Below are positions 37,758-46,613 of a stretch of 64,000 nucleotides of DNA, piece by piece. The stretch is from positions 13,480 through 77,479 of the forward strand of contig DAOOUC010000004.1 of assembly GCA_035390665.1 (NCBI GenBank), read 5' to 3'. The notes beneath the pieces were generated by a model that was not told the DNA's origin, searched no databases, and saw only the letters and a program-made list of their open reading frames with translations. The stretch is from an archaeon (GTDB taxonomy: Archaea > Iainarchaeota > Iainarchaeia > Iainarchaeales > CSSED10-239). How positions within the stretch are numbered: the first letter of the stretch is position 1; every line of letters begins with the position of its first letter. Both the position numbers and the translations under genes were made by a program.

Positions 37758-38873
37758 TTACATACTATCTATATCTAAATCAAGATTTTGTTTTTTCTTA
37801 CCAATATTATTTCCAACAATGTCACTTAAGTAAGAAATATCTGCTCCTGCAATTACAGCCATAACTTTTATGGTGTTTCTTGGAACATCATCATCAACCA
37901 TAGCACCCCAGATAATGTGTGCATCAGGACTTATTCTTGATGCTACTGTTTCAACAATCAACTCTGCTTCTTTTAAAGTCATGTCTTGGCCACCTAAAAC
38001 ATTTACTAATGCTTTTGTGGCATTACCTATCTCAATATCAAGCAAAGGAGAAGTTAAAGCATTCTCTACTGCTTCAATTGCTCTTGAATCATTATTGTTC
38101 TTGTGTGTTGCACTTTCGCCAACACCAATCATTGCAAGACCACCATTTGTTAATATTGTTCTAAGATCCGCAAAATCAAGATTAATTATTCCTGCTTTTG
38201 TTACAAGTTCAATTATTCCTTTCACTGATTGAGTTAAAATCTTATCAACTTCTTGGAAAGCAATCTGTAATGGTAAATCTGGTGCAATTTCTAAAATCTT
38301 ATCGTTTGGTATAATTATTAAAGTATCAACTTCTTTTTTTAATTTCTCTAAACCAGATAATGCATTTTCAATTCTTTGTTTTCCTTCAACAGCAAATGGT
38401 AAAGTTACAACACCAATACAAAGTGCTTTTTTTTCTTTAACAATCTTAGCCACTTCTGATATTGCTCCAGTTCCTGTTCCTCCACCAAGTCCACAAGTAA
38501 CAAAGACCATGTCTGCATCTTTTAATACTGTTTTTATTTCTTCTTTTGATTCTTCTGCTGCAGCTCTACCAACTTCGGGGTTTGAACCTGCTCCTAATCC
38601 TCTTGTAGTTTTTTTACCGATTAGCATTTTTTTATCTGCTCTAATCTTTAATAGCGCTTGAGCATCTGTGTTCATTGCAATCATTACTGCGCCTTCGATT
38701 CCTGTTTGGTTCATCCGGTCAAGACTATTTCCACCAGAACCTCCAACACCAATAACATAAATGCTTGGTAATGATGCTCTTAAAAATTCCTCTAAGTCTT
38801 CATCGTCACTTCTTTGTACTTTCTCGCTATTTTTGTCTTGTGCAACTACTTTGCTGCTTGGTATTCCGCTCAA
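37758..38873 (-). CDS. ftsZ: cell division protein FtsZ
   Basis: IGVGGSGGNSLDRM, tubulin signature GLGGGTGTG; TTG start 7 nt after GGGGGAG; no in-frame ATG upstream of the GGSGG motif. Confidence 0.95.
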   Translation of the reverse strand: MSGIPSSKVVAQDKNSEKVQRSDDEDLEEFLRASLPSIYVIGVGGSGGNSLDRMNQTGIEGAVMIAMNTDAQALLKIRADKKMLIGKKTTRGLGAGSNPEVGRAAAEESKEEIKTVLKDADMVFVTCGLGGGTGTGAISEVAKIVKEKKALCIGVVTLPFAVEGKQRIENALSGLEKLKKEVDTLIIIPNDKILEIAPDLPLQIAFQEVDKILTQSVKGIIELVTKAGIINLDFADLRTILTNGGLAMIGVGESATHKNNNDSRAIEAVENALTSPLLDIEIGNATKALVNVLGGQDMTLKEAELIVETVASRISPDAHIIWGAMVDDDVPRNTIKVMAVIAGADISYLSDIVGNNIGKKKQNLDLDIDSM

Positions 38874-39009
38874 AACTATTCTCCCCCTTGTTGTCTTATC
38901 TTTATGCTCGCAAAAATTAATATTATATAAAAAAAGATATAATATTTATAGATAAGAAACCTTTAAATATAAATCTATTTTATGTTTTATAAGGACAAAG
39001 GGATAATTT

Positions 39010-39915
39010 ATGGTAGATTTAGAAGTTTCAAGAGTGGCTAAAGACATTAAAGATATTAAGATACAAGGAGCAAGTAAGATTGAACTTGCTGCAATTAATG
39101 TTATTAAGGATTTTATAAATAGAAGTAATTTATCTGGAAATGATTTCTTGGGAGAACTTGTAATTAATATTAATCATTTAATTTCTCAAAGACCAAACGA
39201 GCCAAAGCTTAGAAATTCTTTGACTTATATCTGGCAGGTTGCTAATAAATATTCAGAGATTAAAGACAGAAATTATCTTGTAGACTATATTGACAATTAT
39301 GAGAATAATATTAGTAAAGGAAACGAACAGATTTCTGAGTTTGCTTCTCAATTGATTACTAATGGCTCTATTATTCTTACTCATTGCCATTCTAATCTTG
39401 TAGAGCAGGCATTTAAGAAAGCTTACGACAGAGGAATTGACTTTGAGGTTTACTGTACAGAGACAAGACCTAGATTTCAAGGAAGAATTACTGCTAAGGC
39501 TTTGGCTGATTATGGAATCAAGACAACACAGATTGTTGATTCTGCAGTTTCTGGTTATCTTAAAAAGATTGATTTTTTCTTGACAGGAGCAGATGTTGTT
39601 TTTCAAGATGGTTCTATTATGAATAAAGTTGGAACACACACCATTAGTATTGCTGCTAAAAACTTTAAGACGCCTCATATTGTTTTAACATCAACACATT
39701 GTGTTGAAAGTGATGTTTTTGTTTCTTTAAACGAAAAGATAGAAGAAAGAGATATTGAAGAAATCTGGAAAGAAACAGACGGAAGACCAGAAAATTTAAA
39801 ACTTAAAAATCCAAGTTTTGATATTGTTCCAAACGAATTAATTGACAAATTCATAACAGAAGAAGGAGTTTTCTCTCCTGAGACTTTAGCACTTTGGAAT
39901 AGGAAAAAGAAATAA
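39010..39915 (+). CDS. eIF-2B alpha/beta/delta-family protein, likely ribose-1,5-bisphosphate isomerase
   Basis: 301 aa; IKIQGASKIELAA, TETRPRFQGR, GADVVFQDGSIMNKVGTHTISIAAK pattern of the family. Confidence 0.7.
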   Translation: MVDLEVSRVAKDIKDIKIQGASKIELAAINVIKDFINRSNLSGNDFLGELVININHLISQRPNEPKLRNSLTYIWQVANKYSEIKDRNYLVDYIDNYENNISKGNEQISEFASQLITNGSIILTHCHSNLVEQAFKKAYDRGIDFEVYCTETRPRFQGRITAKALADYGIKTTQIVDSAVSGYLKKIDFFLTGADVVFQDGSIMNKVGTHTISIAAKNFKTPHIVLTSTHCVESDVFVSLNEKIEERDIEEIWKETDGRPENLKLKNPSFDIVPNELIDKFITEEGVFSPETLALWNRKKK

Positions 39916-39935
39916 AAATTAAAAGAATTAATAAT

Positions 39936-40094
39936 CTAACTATTGTTAATCATCTTACCAAATATGAATAATATTACTGCAACAATTAGAAACCAAAACC
40001 AATTGGAATTACCAACTAACGCAAGCATTCCTGCAATTAATACTGATACAGCGGCAGTTCCGTATCCAAATGCCCCAACATTCATGTTTTTCAT
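39936..40094 (-). CDS. tiny 2-TM membrane protein (52 aa)
   Basis: Unlisted ORF MKNMNVGAFGYGTAAVSVLIAGMLALVGNSNWFWFLIVAVILFIFGKMINNS; same strand and tight spacing with 40114..40308. Confidence 0.35.
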   Translation of the reverse strand: MKNMNVGAFGYGTAAVSVLIAGMLALVGNSNWFWFLIVAVILFIFGKMINNS

Positions 40095-40113
40095 TATTTC
40101 ACCTCCGTTATAA

Positions 40114-40308
40114 TTATTCTTCTTTTATTACTAATGAAATTACTGCAAAGACAAATGCTACTAACCCAATAACCACAACCAATACTGTAGAAAATATGTT
40201 ATCAGGGAACAAAATAGTCAATAAAAAGAAAATTGCCTGTATTACTAAAATCCACCTTATACTGTCTTTATATTTTCTGCGGTTTTTTTGTTTCATATTA
40301 GTCTCCAT
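40114..40308 (-). CDS. tiny 2-TM membrane protein (64 aa)
   Basis: Basic N-terminus then two hydrophobic helices; 6-nt gap after upstream gene. Confidence 0.45.
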   Translation of the reverse strand: METNMKQKNRRKYKDSIRWILVIQAIFFLLTILFPDNIFSTVLVVVIGLVAFVFAVISLVIKEE

Positions 40309-40314
40309 TTACAA

Positions 40315-41067
40315 TCAATAATCCATTGTTTCTAAATCTTGTTTTTTTGCTTTTTCAGCTTCTTCTTTTAGTTTTTTTACAGTGTCTTCAAATTCTTCTA
40401 TTCTATAATATAATGTGTGGATATTAACTTTCATTTTTTCTTTTTCATCTGCTAATTTATAGAAAATACCTTTGTGATATCTCATATTTTTTAATCTTTC
40501 CTGACCTTCTTTTAATTGCTCTTTAAATCTCTTGATTTTATTTTCTGCTTCCATAATGTTTCTAGGCCAATATGATAATTCTTTTAAAACTTCAGAAATA
40601 TGAAAATTATATTTCTTTTTTGTATCTTTTATTCCTTTTTCTACATCTTCTATTTTATCTAATATTTTTTTAAAACTGGATTTGGTAGCATATTCAGGGT
40701 ATTTATCTAGATATTCTTGCATTGCATTTATTTTTACATCATCAATGTCTGTATCCTTAAATTTTGGTTTTATTATTACTTTTGTTTTATTGGTTGCTTT
40801 TTTAGATGTAACTAGCATTTCTTTCTCGAAATTTTTTTCATCTTTCAATAAATTAAATAAATTTGTGTATAATGCGTGCTTCTCGTCTTCATCTGCAATA
40901 ATGTCTTTCTTTAATTTCTGTATAGCTGCAAGATTATCTTTTAATTTATGATTCATCATAAATAGCCAACTAACTTTTTTCTTTACATCTTCGTGTGCAT
41001 AATTTAATGCATTTTGATATTCTTCTTTTATTGCCATTGCATCTTTTTTGCCGGTTATATCTACCAT
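40315..41067 (-). CDS. hypothetical all-helical K/E-rich protein
   Basis: 250-aa ORF, no recognised motif. Confidence 0.55.
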   Translation of the reverse strand: MVDITGKKDAMAIKEEYQNALNYAHEDVKKKVSWLFMMNHKLKDNLAAIQKLKKDIIADEDEKHALYTNLFNLLKDEKNFEKEMLVTSKKATNKTKVIIKPKFKDTDIDDVKINAMQEYLDKYPEYATKSSFKKILDKIEDVEKGIKDTKKKYNFHISEVLKELSYWPRNIMEAENKIKRFKEQLKEGQERLKNMRYHKGIFYKLADEKEKMKVNIHTLYYRIEEFEDTVKKLKEEAEKAKKQDLETMDY

Positions 41068-41082
41068 TTAATCACCCTCAAT

Positions 41083-41250
41083 TTATTTAAAATAATCTTT
41101 TTCTTTTATATTTTTAGGTTTTATTTCTACTTCGAAATGTTTCAACATAACTTTTATTGCTTCTTGTTTGGTCTTTAAGTTATTCATTAATTTATAGACT
41201 TCTACAATCTTGTCTTCTTTTTCCGATAAATCTATTTGAATTTTAACCAT
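41083..41250 (-). CDS. small ribbon-helix-helix-like protein (DUF2683-like pattern)
   Basis: Unlisted 55-aa ORF MVKIQIDLSEKEDKIVEVYKLMNNLKTKQEAIKVMLKHFEVEIKPKNIKEKDYFK; beta-strand then two helices, K.EAI motif. Confidence 0.45.
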   Translation of the reverse strand: MVKIQIDLSEKEDKIVEVYKLMNNLKTKQEAIKVMLKHFEVEIKPKNIKEKDYFK

Positions 41251-41348
41251 ATAATTCCCTATATTGCCATATATCTTTATAATACAAAGTATTTAAAAAT
41301 ACTACTTTTAATTAAAAACAGATAAATATTAAAAAACTTTTAAAAAAA

Positions 41349-43772
41349 TTAAAAGAATTCACCAAGACCTTTTTGCTTGGTGTTTGTTATTAGTTCGTCT
41401 TTTGTTACTCCAATTTCTTCCATTATCGGAAGAAGGGCAGGGATTAATTGATTATTTATATAATATTCACTATCATAATCCTTCTCTTTAACAAACTCAG
41501 CAATTTGTGATTTTTCTGAAATTGTTTTTCCTGCCTTTTCTGTTACAATGTATTCAACAAGATCTCCAACCTTAAATTTCTTGCCTTTGTCTTTTGCATT
41601 TTTTACAGCAGACATTGCAGGATTTAAAGTCTTATAACTTTCAAGAGATTTATGAACAAATGTCTGAATAATTAATTTAGAGTTCGGTATTTCTTTTTTT
41701 TGTAAATCAGAAATAACTAATTGAAGAAACTTAAGTGCTTTCTTTGGGTCTTTTTCTTTTAGAATAATTTTTAAGATTTCTTTTTGCGTCTCTTTAACAA
41801 GAGGACACCAATCATGTCTTACATATTCAAAGCCTTTGATCTTAAGGTTTCCATTATAATCCAAAAGAGCATATTTCTTTTTTGCTGCTCTGTCTTTATC
41901 TCTTGATTGTACAAATATTCCAGATTGATAAATGTCTTCTAGTTCTAGAGTCATTGCCTTTGGAAGAGATGCATTTAAATTTTTCAGATCTTCTTTTAAT
42001 TTCTCAATATTTCTAAACTCTATAAAACAAGAATCTGTGTCTCCATAAACAACCCTATATCCTAGATTTTCAAGATCTTTAATAGTTTCTTGAATCTTTG
42101 AGCGCACTAAAGAATACATAATTTCTAAAGTAGGTCTAGAATACCATCTTGCTCCTGCAAAACCCATATACCCGTAGGTTGATGCTAAAAATATCTTTAA
42201 AGCATACTGTTTAGCATACATTTCTCTATATTCTGTGCTTTCTTTTGGTAATGTCTTTGCTTCTTCTTTGTATTTTGATCTTAAAGCTAACAGTTCTTCA
42301 AGAAGAGTTGGGACAAAGCCTTTTTTCTTACAGGTGTAATGACTTCCAAGAACAACAAATGGCTCTTCTTTACAGCAGGGACAATCAACAGTTTCTGGAC
42401 TTAGATTATAAGAGATAATCAAAGATATATGATAACTTCTAAAATCAAGAACTGCTAAGTTTTGATGCAAGCCAGAAATTGGAGCTTTAACAAAAGCACC
42501 ACTAAATGAAAATTTTTGTCTTTCTCCTATTGTTTCTTGTGTTGGTTTGTTTGGTATTATCTTTTTGTTATTAAAATAATATTTTGTAAATAATCTTTCA
42601 ACCATAACTCCTGCTGAAGAAAAAATCAAATCAGAAACTGGATAGTTAATAAATTCTGATATTTCAAAAACAATTTGATTATAGTTTTCTGCAAGTTCTT
42701 GAGTTGCATAGACATCATCAAGATTATATTCTATAATTTTAGCGTAATCTCCTGAAAGATAAGCCTCTCGCATATCTAGAGGGGGAAGAGAAAGTTTTTT
42801 CTTTCCTGTGAGTTTTGAATATAAGGTATTAAGATCCAGTTTTGGATAGTTAAAAACTTGAAGATATCTTAATAATTTCATAATCGCATAAACATCAATA
42901 TGAACTATTCCTTCAAGATTTACTCTTTTGTTTTTTCCTTTTGGATAAATTAGATGACTATTACCAAAAGTGAATTCTTTTCCTGTAATAAAGTTGTAGG
43001 CTTTTTTAAGATAATCAAAGTCAAAAATTCCATTATAGGTATAAACTACATCTGGTTCTTTTTCCTTAATAAACTCCATAAAGCTTTCAATCATTTCTCT
43101 TTCGGATTTGAAAAGATGTACATTTGAAAACTTTGTAATTAACTCTCCTTGTTTTTCAGTTAGGTTTACTTCTTCTCCTGCTAAGAAGAAAACAGCACTT
43201 GTTTTATCTGAATCAAAATAACTTATAGAGATGATTGGATCTTTTCCTGGTTCTGGAAACTTTAAGGTTTTAGAAACTAATACTTCTATATCAAAAGCAC
43301 AATATTTAATTTTCGGTTTTTCTTTTGTTGTTGGTTTAATATCAATTATCTTTTGATTCTCAATTGTACATTCTACTTCACAAAAATTACTTAAGTTTTT
43401 GTCTAAGAAAAATCTAGAAACAAAAGGGATATCATACTCATAAAGCTTATAGTTTTTTCCTGGTAAAAAATCAGAAGTCAACAATTCATTTCTAGTTTTA
43501 ACAAGGTCTTCAACTGTATTAAAAATCAATTTATTTATTTTTTCTTTTTTTTCTATATCTTTAATATTCAATCTTGTAATTTCTTCATTTGTTAAAGACT
43601 CTTGAGAAAAAAGATAAAAATAAGGATAAAAATCTACAGGATAGATTTCTTTCTTTTCTGTTTTTAGAACAACAAAAAGTTGATTGTCTTTATAGAAAGA
43701 ATCTAGAAAGATTGCATTTTTTGAAATTTTGCAATCTTTTTTTTCTTCTTGTTTTTTAAAGATTTTAAACAT
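41349..43772 (-). CDS. polB: DNA polymerase, family B
   Basis: Exo I FDIEV, exo II YNGIFDFDYL, exo III YNLDDVYAT, pol motifs DFRSYHISLII, KIFLASTYGYMG, YGDTDS. Confidence 0.95.
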   Translation of the reverse strand: MFKIFKKQEEKKDCKISKNAIFLDSFYKDNQLFVVLKTEKKEIYPVDFYPYFYLFSQESLTNEEITRLNIKDIEKKEKINKLIFNTVEDLVKTRNELLTSDFLPGKNYKLYEYDIPFVSRFFLDKNLSNFCEVECTIENQKIIDIKPTTKEKPKIKYCAFDIEVLVSKTLKFPEPGKDPIISISYFDSDKTSAVFFLAGEEVNLTEKQGELITKFSNVHLFKSEREMIESFMEFIKEKEPDVVYTYNGIFDFDYLKKAYNFITGKEFTFGNSHLIYPKGKNKRVNLEGIVHIDVYAIMKLLRYLQVFNYPKLDLNTLYSKLTGKKKLSLPPLDMREAYLSGDYAKIIEYNLDDVYATQELAENYNQIVFEISEFINYPVSDLIFSSAGVMVERLFTKYYFNNKKIIPNKPTQETIGERQKFSFSGAFVKAPISGLHQNLAVLDFRSYHISLIISYNLSPETVDCPCCKEEPFVVLGSHYTCKKKGFVPTLLEELLALRSKYKEEAKTLPKESTEYREMYAKQYALKIFLASTYGYMGFAGARWYSRPTLEIMYSLVRSKIQETIKDLENLGYRVVYGDTDSCFIEFRNIEKLKEDLKNLNASLPKAMTLELEDIYQSGIFVQSRDKDRAAKKKYALLDYNGNLKIKGFEYVRHDWCPLVKETQKEILKIILKEKDPKKALKFLQLVISDLQKKEIPNSKLIIQTFVHKSLESYKTLNPAMSAVKNAKDKGKKFKVGDLVEYIVTEKAGKTISEKSQIAEFVKEKDYDSEYYINNQLIPALLPIMEEIGVTKDELITNTKQKGLGEFF

Positions 43773-43783
43773 ATTTTATAACT

Positions 43784-44410
43784 TTATAAAAAAATAGAAT
43801 TAAGTAAAATTGCAATAACAAATATTAATATCATTAAAACTATTTTACCTATTGGATTTTTTATATCAAATACAATTTCAGTAAATTCATAGAACATAAT
43901 TATACAATACACTATGAAAAATAATGAAATTAAGGATAATAGAATTATACCAATAATATTAAATACAGTAAGTGTTGGAAACAATGTTGTGCTATTTATT
44001 AATGCAGGATTTTGAAAAACGGCTTGTATTACAGGTATAAAAGAATTTAAGAAAACCAAGAAAATTACTGCCGTAATTATAGAAAATATTATTGTAGGAA
44101 TTCTAAAAGATGCTAAAGAAGACAAAACTTTTTGAAAAGCATGCTTTGGTAATTTTTTTGCACCTCTTATAAAATACATTATTAAAAATAATAAAACTCC
44201 TAGAACAAACCAGTTAATTAATATAGACGAAAAAATCTCATATACAGAAACTGTTCCAAGATTTGGCATTTTAATAATTAAATAAAATAAAATATTTATT
44301 ACAAAAGAAATCAGAACAACAATTAAACTTTCAGTTAAACTAACCTTTTCATAAAAATGATCAATTAAAGCCTTTGGCCCTCTTTTTGCTTTATATACTT
44401 CATTTAACAT
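43784..44410 (-). CDS. polytopic membrane protein (Yip1-like topology)
   Basis: 208 aa, five hydrophobic segments after a short soluble N-terminus. Confidence 0.5.
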   Translation of the reverse strand: MLNEVYKAKRGPKALIDHFYEKVSLTESLIVVLISFVINILFYLIIKMPNLGTVSVYEIFSSILINWFVLGVLLFLIMYFIRGAKKLPKHAFQKVLSSLASFRIPTIIFSIITAVIFLVFLNSFIPVIQAVFQNPALINSTTLFPTLTVFNIIGIILLSLISLFFIVYCIIMFYEFTEIVFDIKNPIGKIVLMILIFVIAILLNSIFL

Positions 44411-44516
44411 TAATAATCACCTATTTTCAATAATATATTTTAGACAAAAGAATATATAAATGTTATGAATTGCTCTCAAATGCATTTAAATATTTTTATT
44501 ATATTATATTTTATTA

Positions 44517-45593
44517 ATGGCAACTAAAAAACAGGTTTTTTCTAAACCTTTTAATCTTGTTTATGAGAATAATTATCCTGATTTATTAGTTGGTCCTGGT
44601 TTTTTTAATAACCCTGGTAATGCAAAAGACTCTAGTCCAGATAAATGGATTAAACAAGACCCTAAAAAAATAGAACAAGAAAGAGCAAAGCAAGTTTTTT
44701 CTTTTAAAAGTTTTAAAAAAACTGATGCTTCCAAATTTGATAAATCTCTTTTTGAAGTTCAATTATTAGCACAAACCGAAAACACCTCTGAACTTGAGAT
44801 TAATATTAATCAAAAACCAAAACTTGTTAAAGAAAACTATAGTGGAATAAATAACTTCTCTTATGAGTTTGAAGAACTTAAAGTTGTTGACAATATTAAG
44901 ATTCCAACAATAATTGATAAAACTGTTAATGATGGCGACTTAAAAGCAAAAGAAGGAATAATAAATATCTATAATAAACTTGATGATGTTTATAAGGTTG
45001 AACAAGTATTATCTCTTGGACTTCTTGGAAGAACAAAAAATAGAGTACTTGTTCCAACAAGGTGGGCAATTACTTCAACTGACGATATTATTTCTAAGGA
45101 TTTGATTGAGAACACTCTTGTTGATTATCCAACGATAGACAAATATCTTGTATTTTCTTTTAGTTTTTATCAGAATATCTTTTATGTTCTGTTTATTCCA
45201 AGAATCTGGGGTTTTGAACAAATTGAAATACAAGGCGAAAACATCTGTGAAGATTTTGAGATTAATGGACCAAGAAAAACCTATGCATCTTCAGTTACTG
45301 GTGGTTACTATGCTGCAAGAATTGAAGTTGCTAAATATCTTTCAAGAAAGAAAAGACAAGCATCAGTAATTGTTTTTAGAGATATTTCTCCAGAATATAA
45401 ATCAAAAGGAGTTTGGGTAATTAGAGAAACGGTTAGAGAAGCACTAACAAAAGAGCCTTTTGCTTTTGATACACTTGAAGATGCAAAAACATTTATTAAT
45501 CAAAGAATAAGAAACGGAAGTGATTATTGGTTAAAGCAATCAAAACTATATTCTGAAATAAAATGCCAAAAAAGACTTTTTGATTTTTTATAA
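44517..45593 (+). CDS. nre: Nre-family (DUF650/DUF651-like) putative DNA-repair protein with C-terminal PIP box
   Basis: NRVLVPTRWAITSTDD core and C-terminal QKRLFDFL matching Qxx[LIM]xx[FY][FYLW]; divergent from polB region. Confidence 0.5.
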   Translation: MATKKQVFSKPFNLVYENNYPDLLVGPGFFNNPGNAKDSSPDKWIKQDPKKIEQERAKQVFSFKSFKKTDASKFDKSLFEVQLLAQTENTSELEININQKPKLVKENYSGINNFSYEFEELKVVDNIKIPTIIDKTVNDGDLKAKEGIINIYNKLDDVYKVEQVLSLGLLGRTKNRVLVPTRWAITSTDDIISKDLIENTLVDYPTIDKYLVFSFSFYQNIFYVLFIPRIWGFEQIEIQGENICEDFEINGPRKTYASSVTGGYYAARIEVAKYLSRKKRQASVIVFRDISPEYKSKGVWVIRETVREALTKEPFAFDTLEDAKTFINQRIRNGSDYWLKQSKLYSEIKCQKRLFDFL

Positions 45594-46613
45594 AAATATA
45601 ATAAATCCTGCTACACAAAATAAAACTTCTACAAGAAGAATACCTGTTGTTACTTGCTTTTCTGTAAAGCGTTTTTTCCAAAGGGTTGGTAGATACATCA
45701 TTATGTGTGTCCAAGAATAGATGTGCTTGTATGGTGCTTTTAATGTGCCGTCTTCTTGAAGATTTCCAAGACTTCTTACTTTTAGTTTTCCTCTAACTTT
45801 TAGAAGAATCTCTATTGCCCAAGGAATAAAAATAAAAAGCGCAAAGCTTTCAATGTTACCTACAATTGCAATTGTTGCAAAGGTTGCACCGAAAAGATAT
45901 GTTAAAGAGTCTCCTGGAAGCATCTTAGCAGGACACCAATTGTTCATTAGATAAGGTAAAACTGCACCTAGTGCTAAAAACGAAATAACGGCGGCTTCAG
46001 TTCTTCCATTAATTAAAGAATAAACCCCAAGAGAAAGAGTTACAATTGCCATTAAGCCTCCTTCTAAACCATTTGTTCCAGCAAGCATATTTGTAGAATT
46101 TGTTATAACAACAAATAATATTGGAACAATTAGTAAAGGATACCAAAAACCAAAATTAATTGTACCTATTATTGGAAGAGCCATTGTAAAGTCTCCAGCC
46201 ATTATAGCAATCAGAGGTATTGCTGCTAATATTGTCAATAACGGCTTTAACCATTGAGGAAGACCAACTCTAATTTCTAAATCTCCATAAATGTTTTTTA
46301 CAGGTTCTTTACTTACATTTAAATCATCAAAAAAACCAACTAATGTTGCTAAAAGAATGGCAAGAACTGAAGAAATAATTATGGTGTTATCTACCTTAAA
46401 ATAAAAACTTGATAACAAAACAAAAAACATAGAAGCAATAAAAAAACCAAAAAAAACAGGAATTCCGGCTGATTGTGGAAGAACTGGTTTTTGCTTTTTC
46501 TGTTGATCTACAGCAATTATTCCTCTTGTAACAAAAAATTTTTTAAATTGAGTTAAAGTAAAAAAAGAAATTAGAAAAGCAAGAACGAAACTAAAAAATA
46601 ACAAATAAATCAT
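45588..46613 (-). CDS. glycosyltransferase family 4 (MraY/WecA/AglH-like polyprenyl-phosphate hexose-1-P transferase)
   Basis: 341 aa, ~10 TM, GFFDDL, NSTNMLAGTNGLEGG, PAKMLPGDS motifs; ATG follows aglB stop directly (TAAATG). Confidence 0.8.
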   Translation of the reverse strand: MIYLLFFSFVLAFLISFFTLTQFKKFFVTRGIIAVDQQKKQKPVLPQSAGIPVFFGFFIASMFFVLLSSFYFKVDNTIIISSVLAILLATLVGFFDDLNVSKEPVKNIYGDLEIRVGLPQWLKPLLTILAAIPLIAIMAGDFTMALPIIGTINFGFWYPLLIVPILFVVITNSTNMLAGTNGLEGGLMAIVTLSLGVYSLINGRTEAAVISFLALGAVLPYLMNNWCPAKMLPGDSLTYLFGATFATIAIVGNIESFALFIFIPWAIEILLKVRGKLKVRSLGNLQEDGTLKAPYKHIYSWTHIMMYLPTLWKKRFTEKQVTTGILLVEVLFCVAGFIIFL

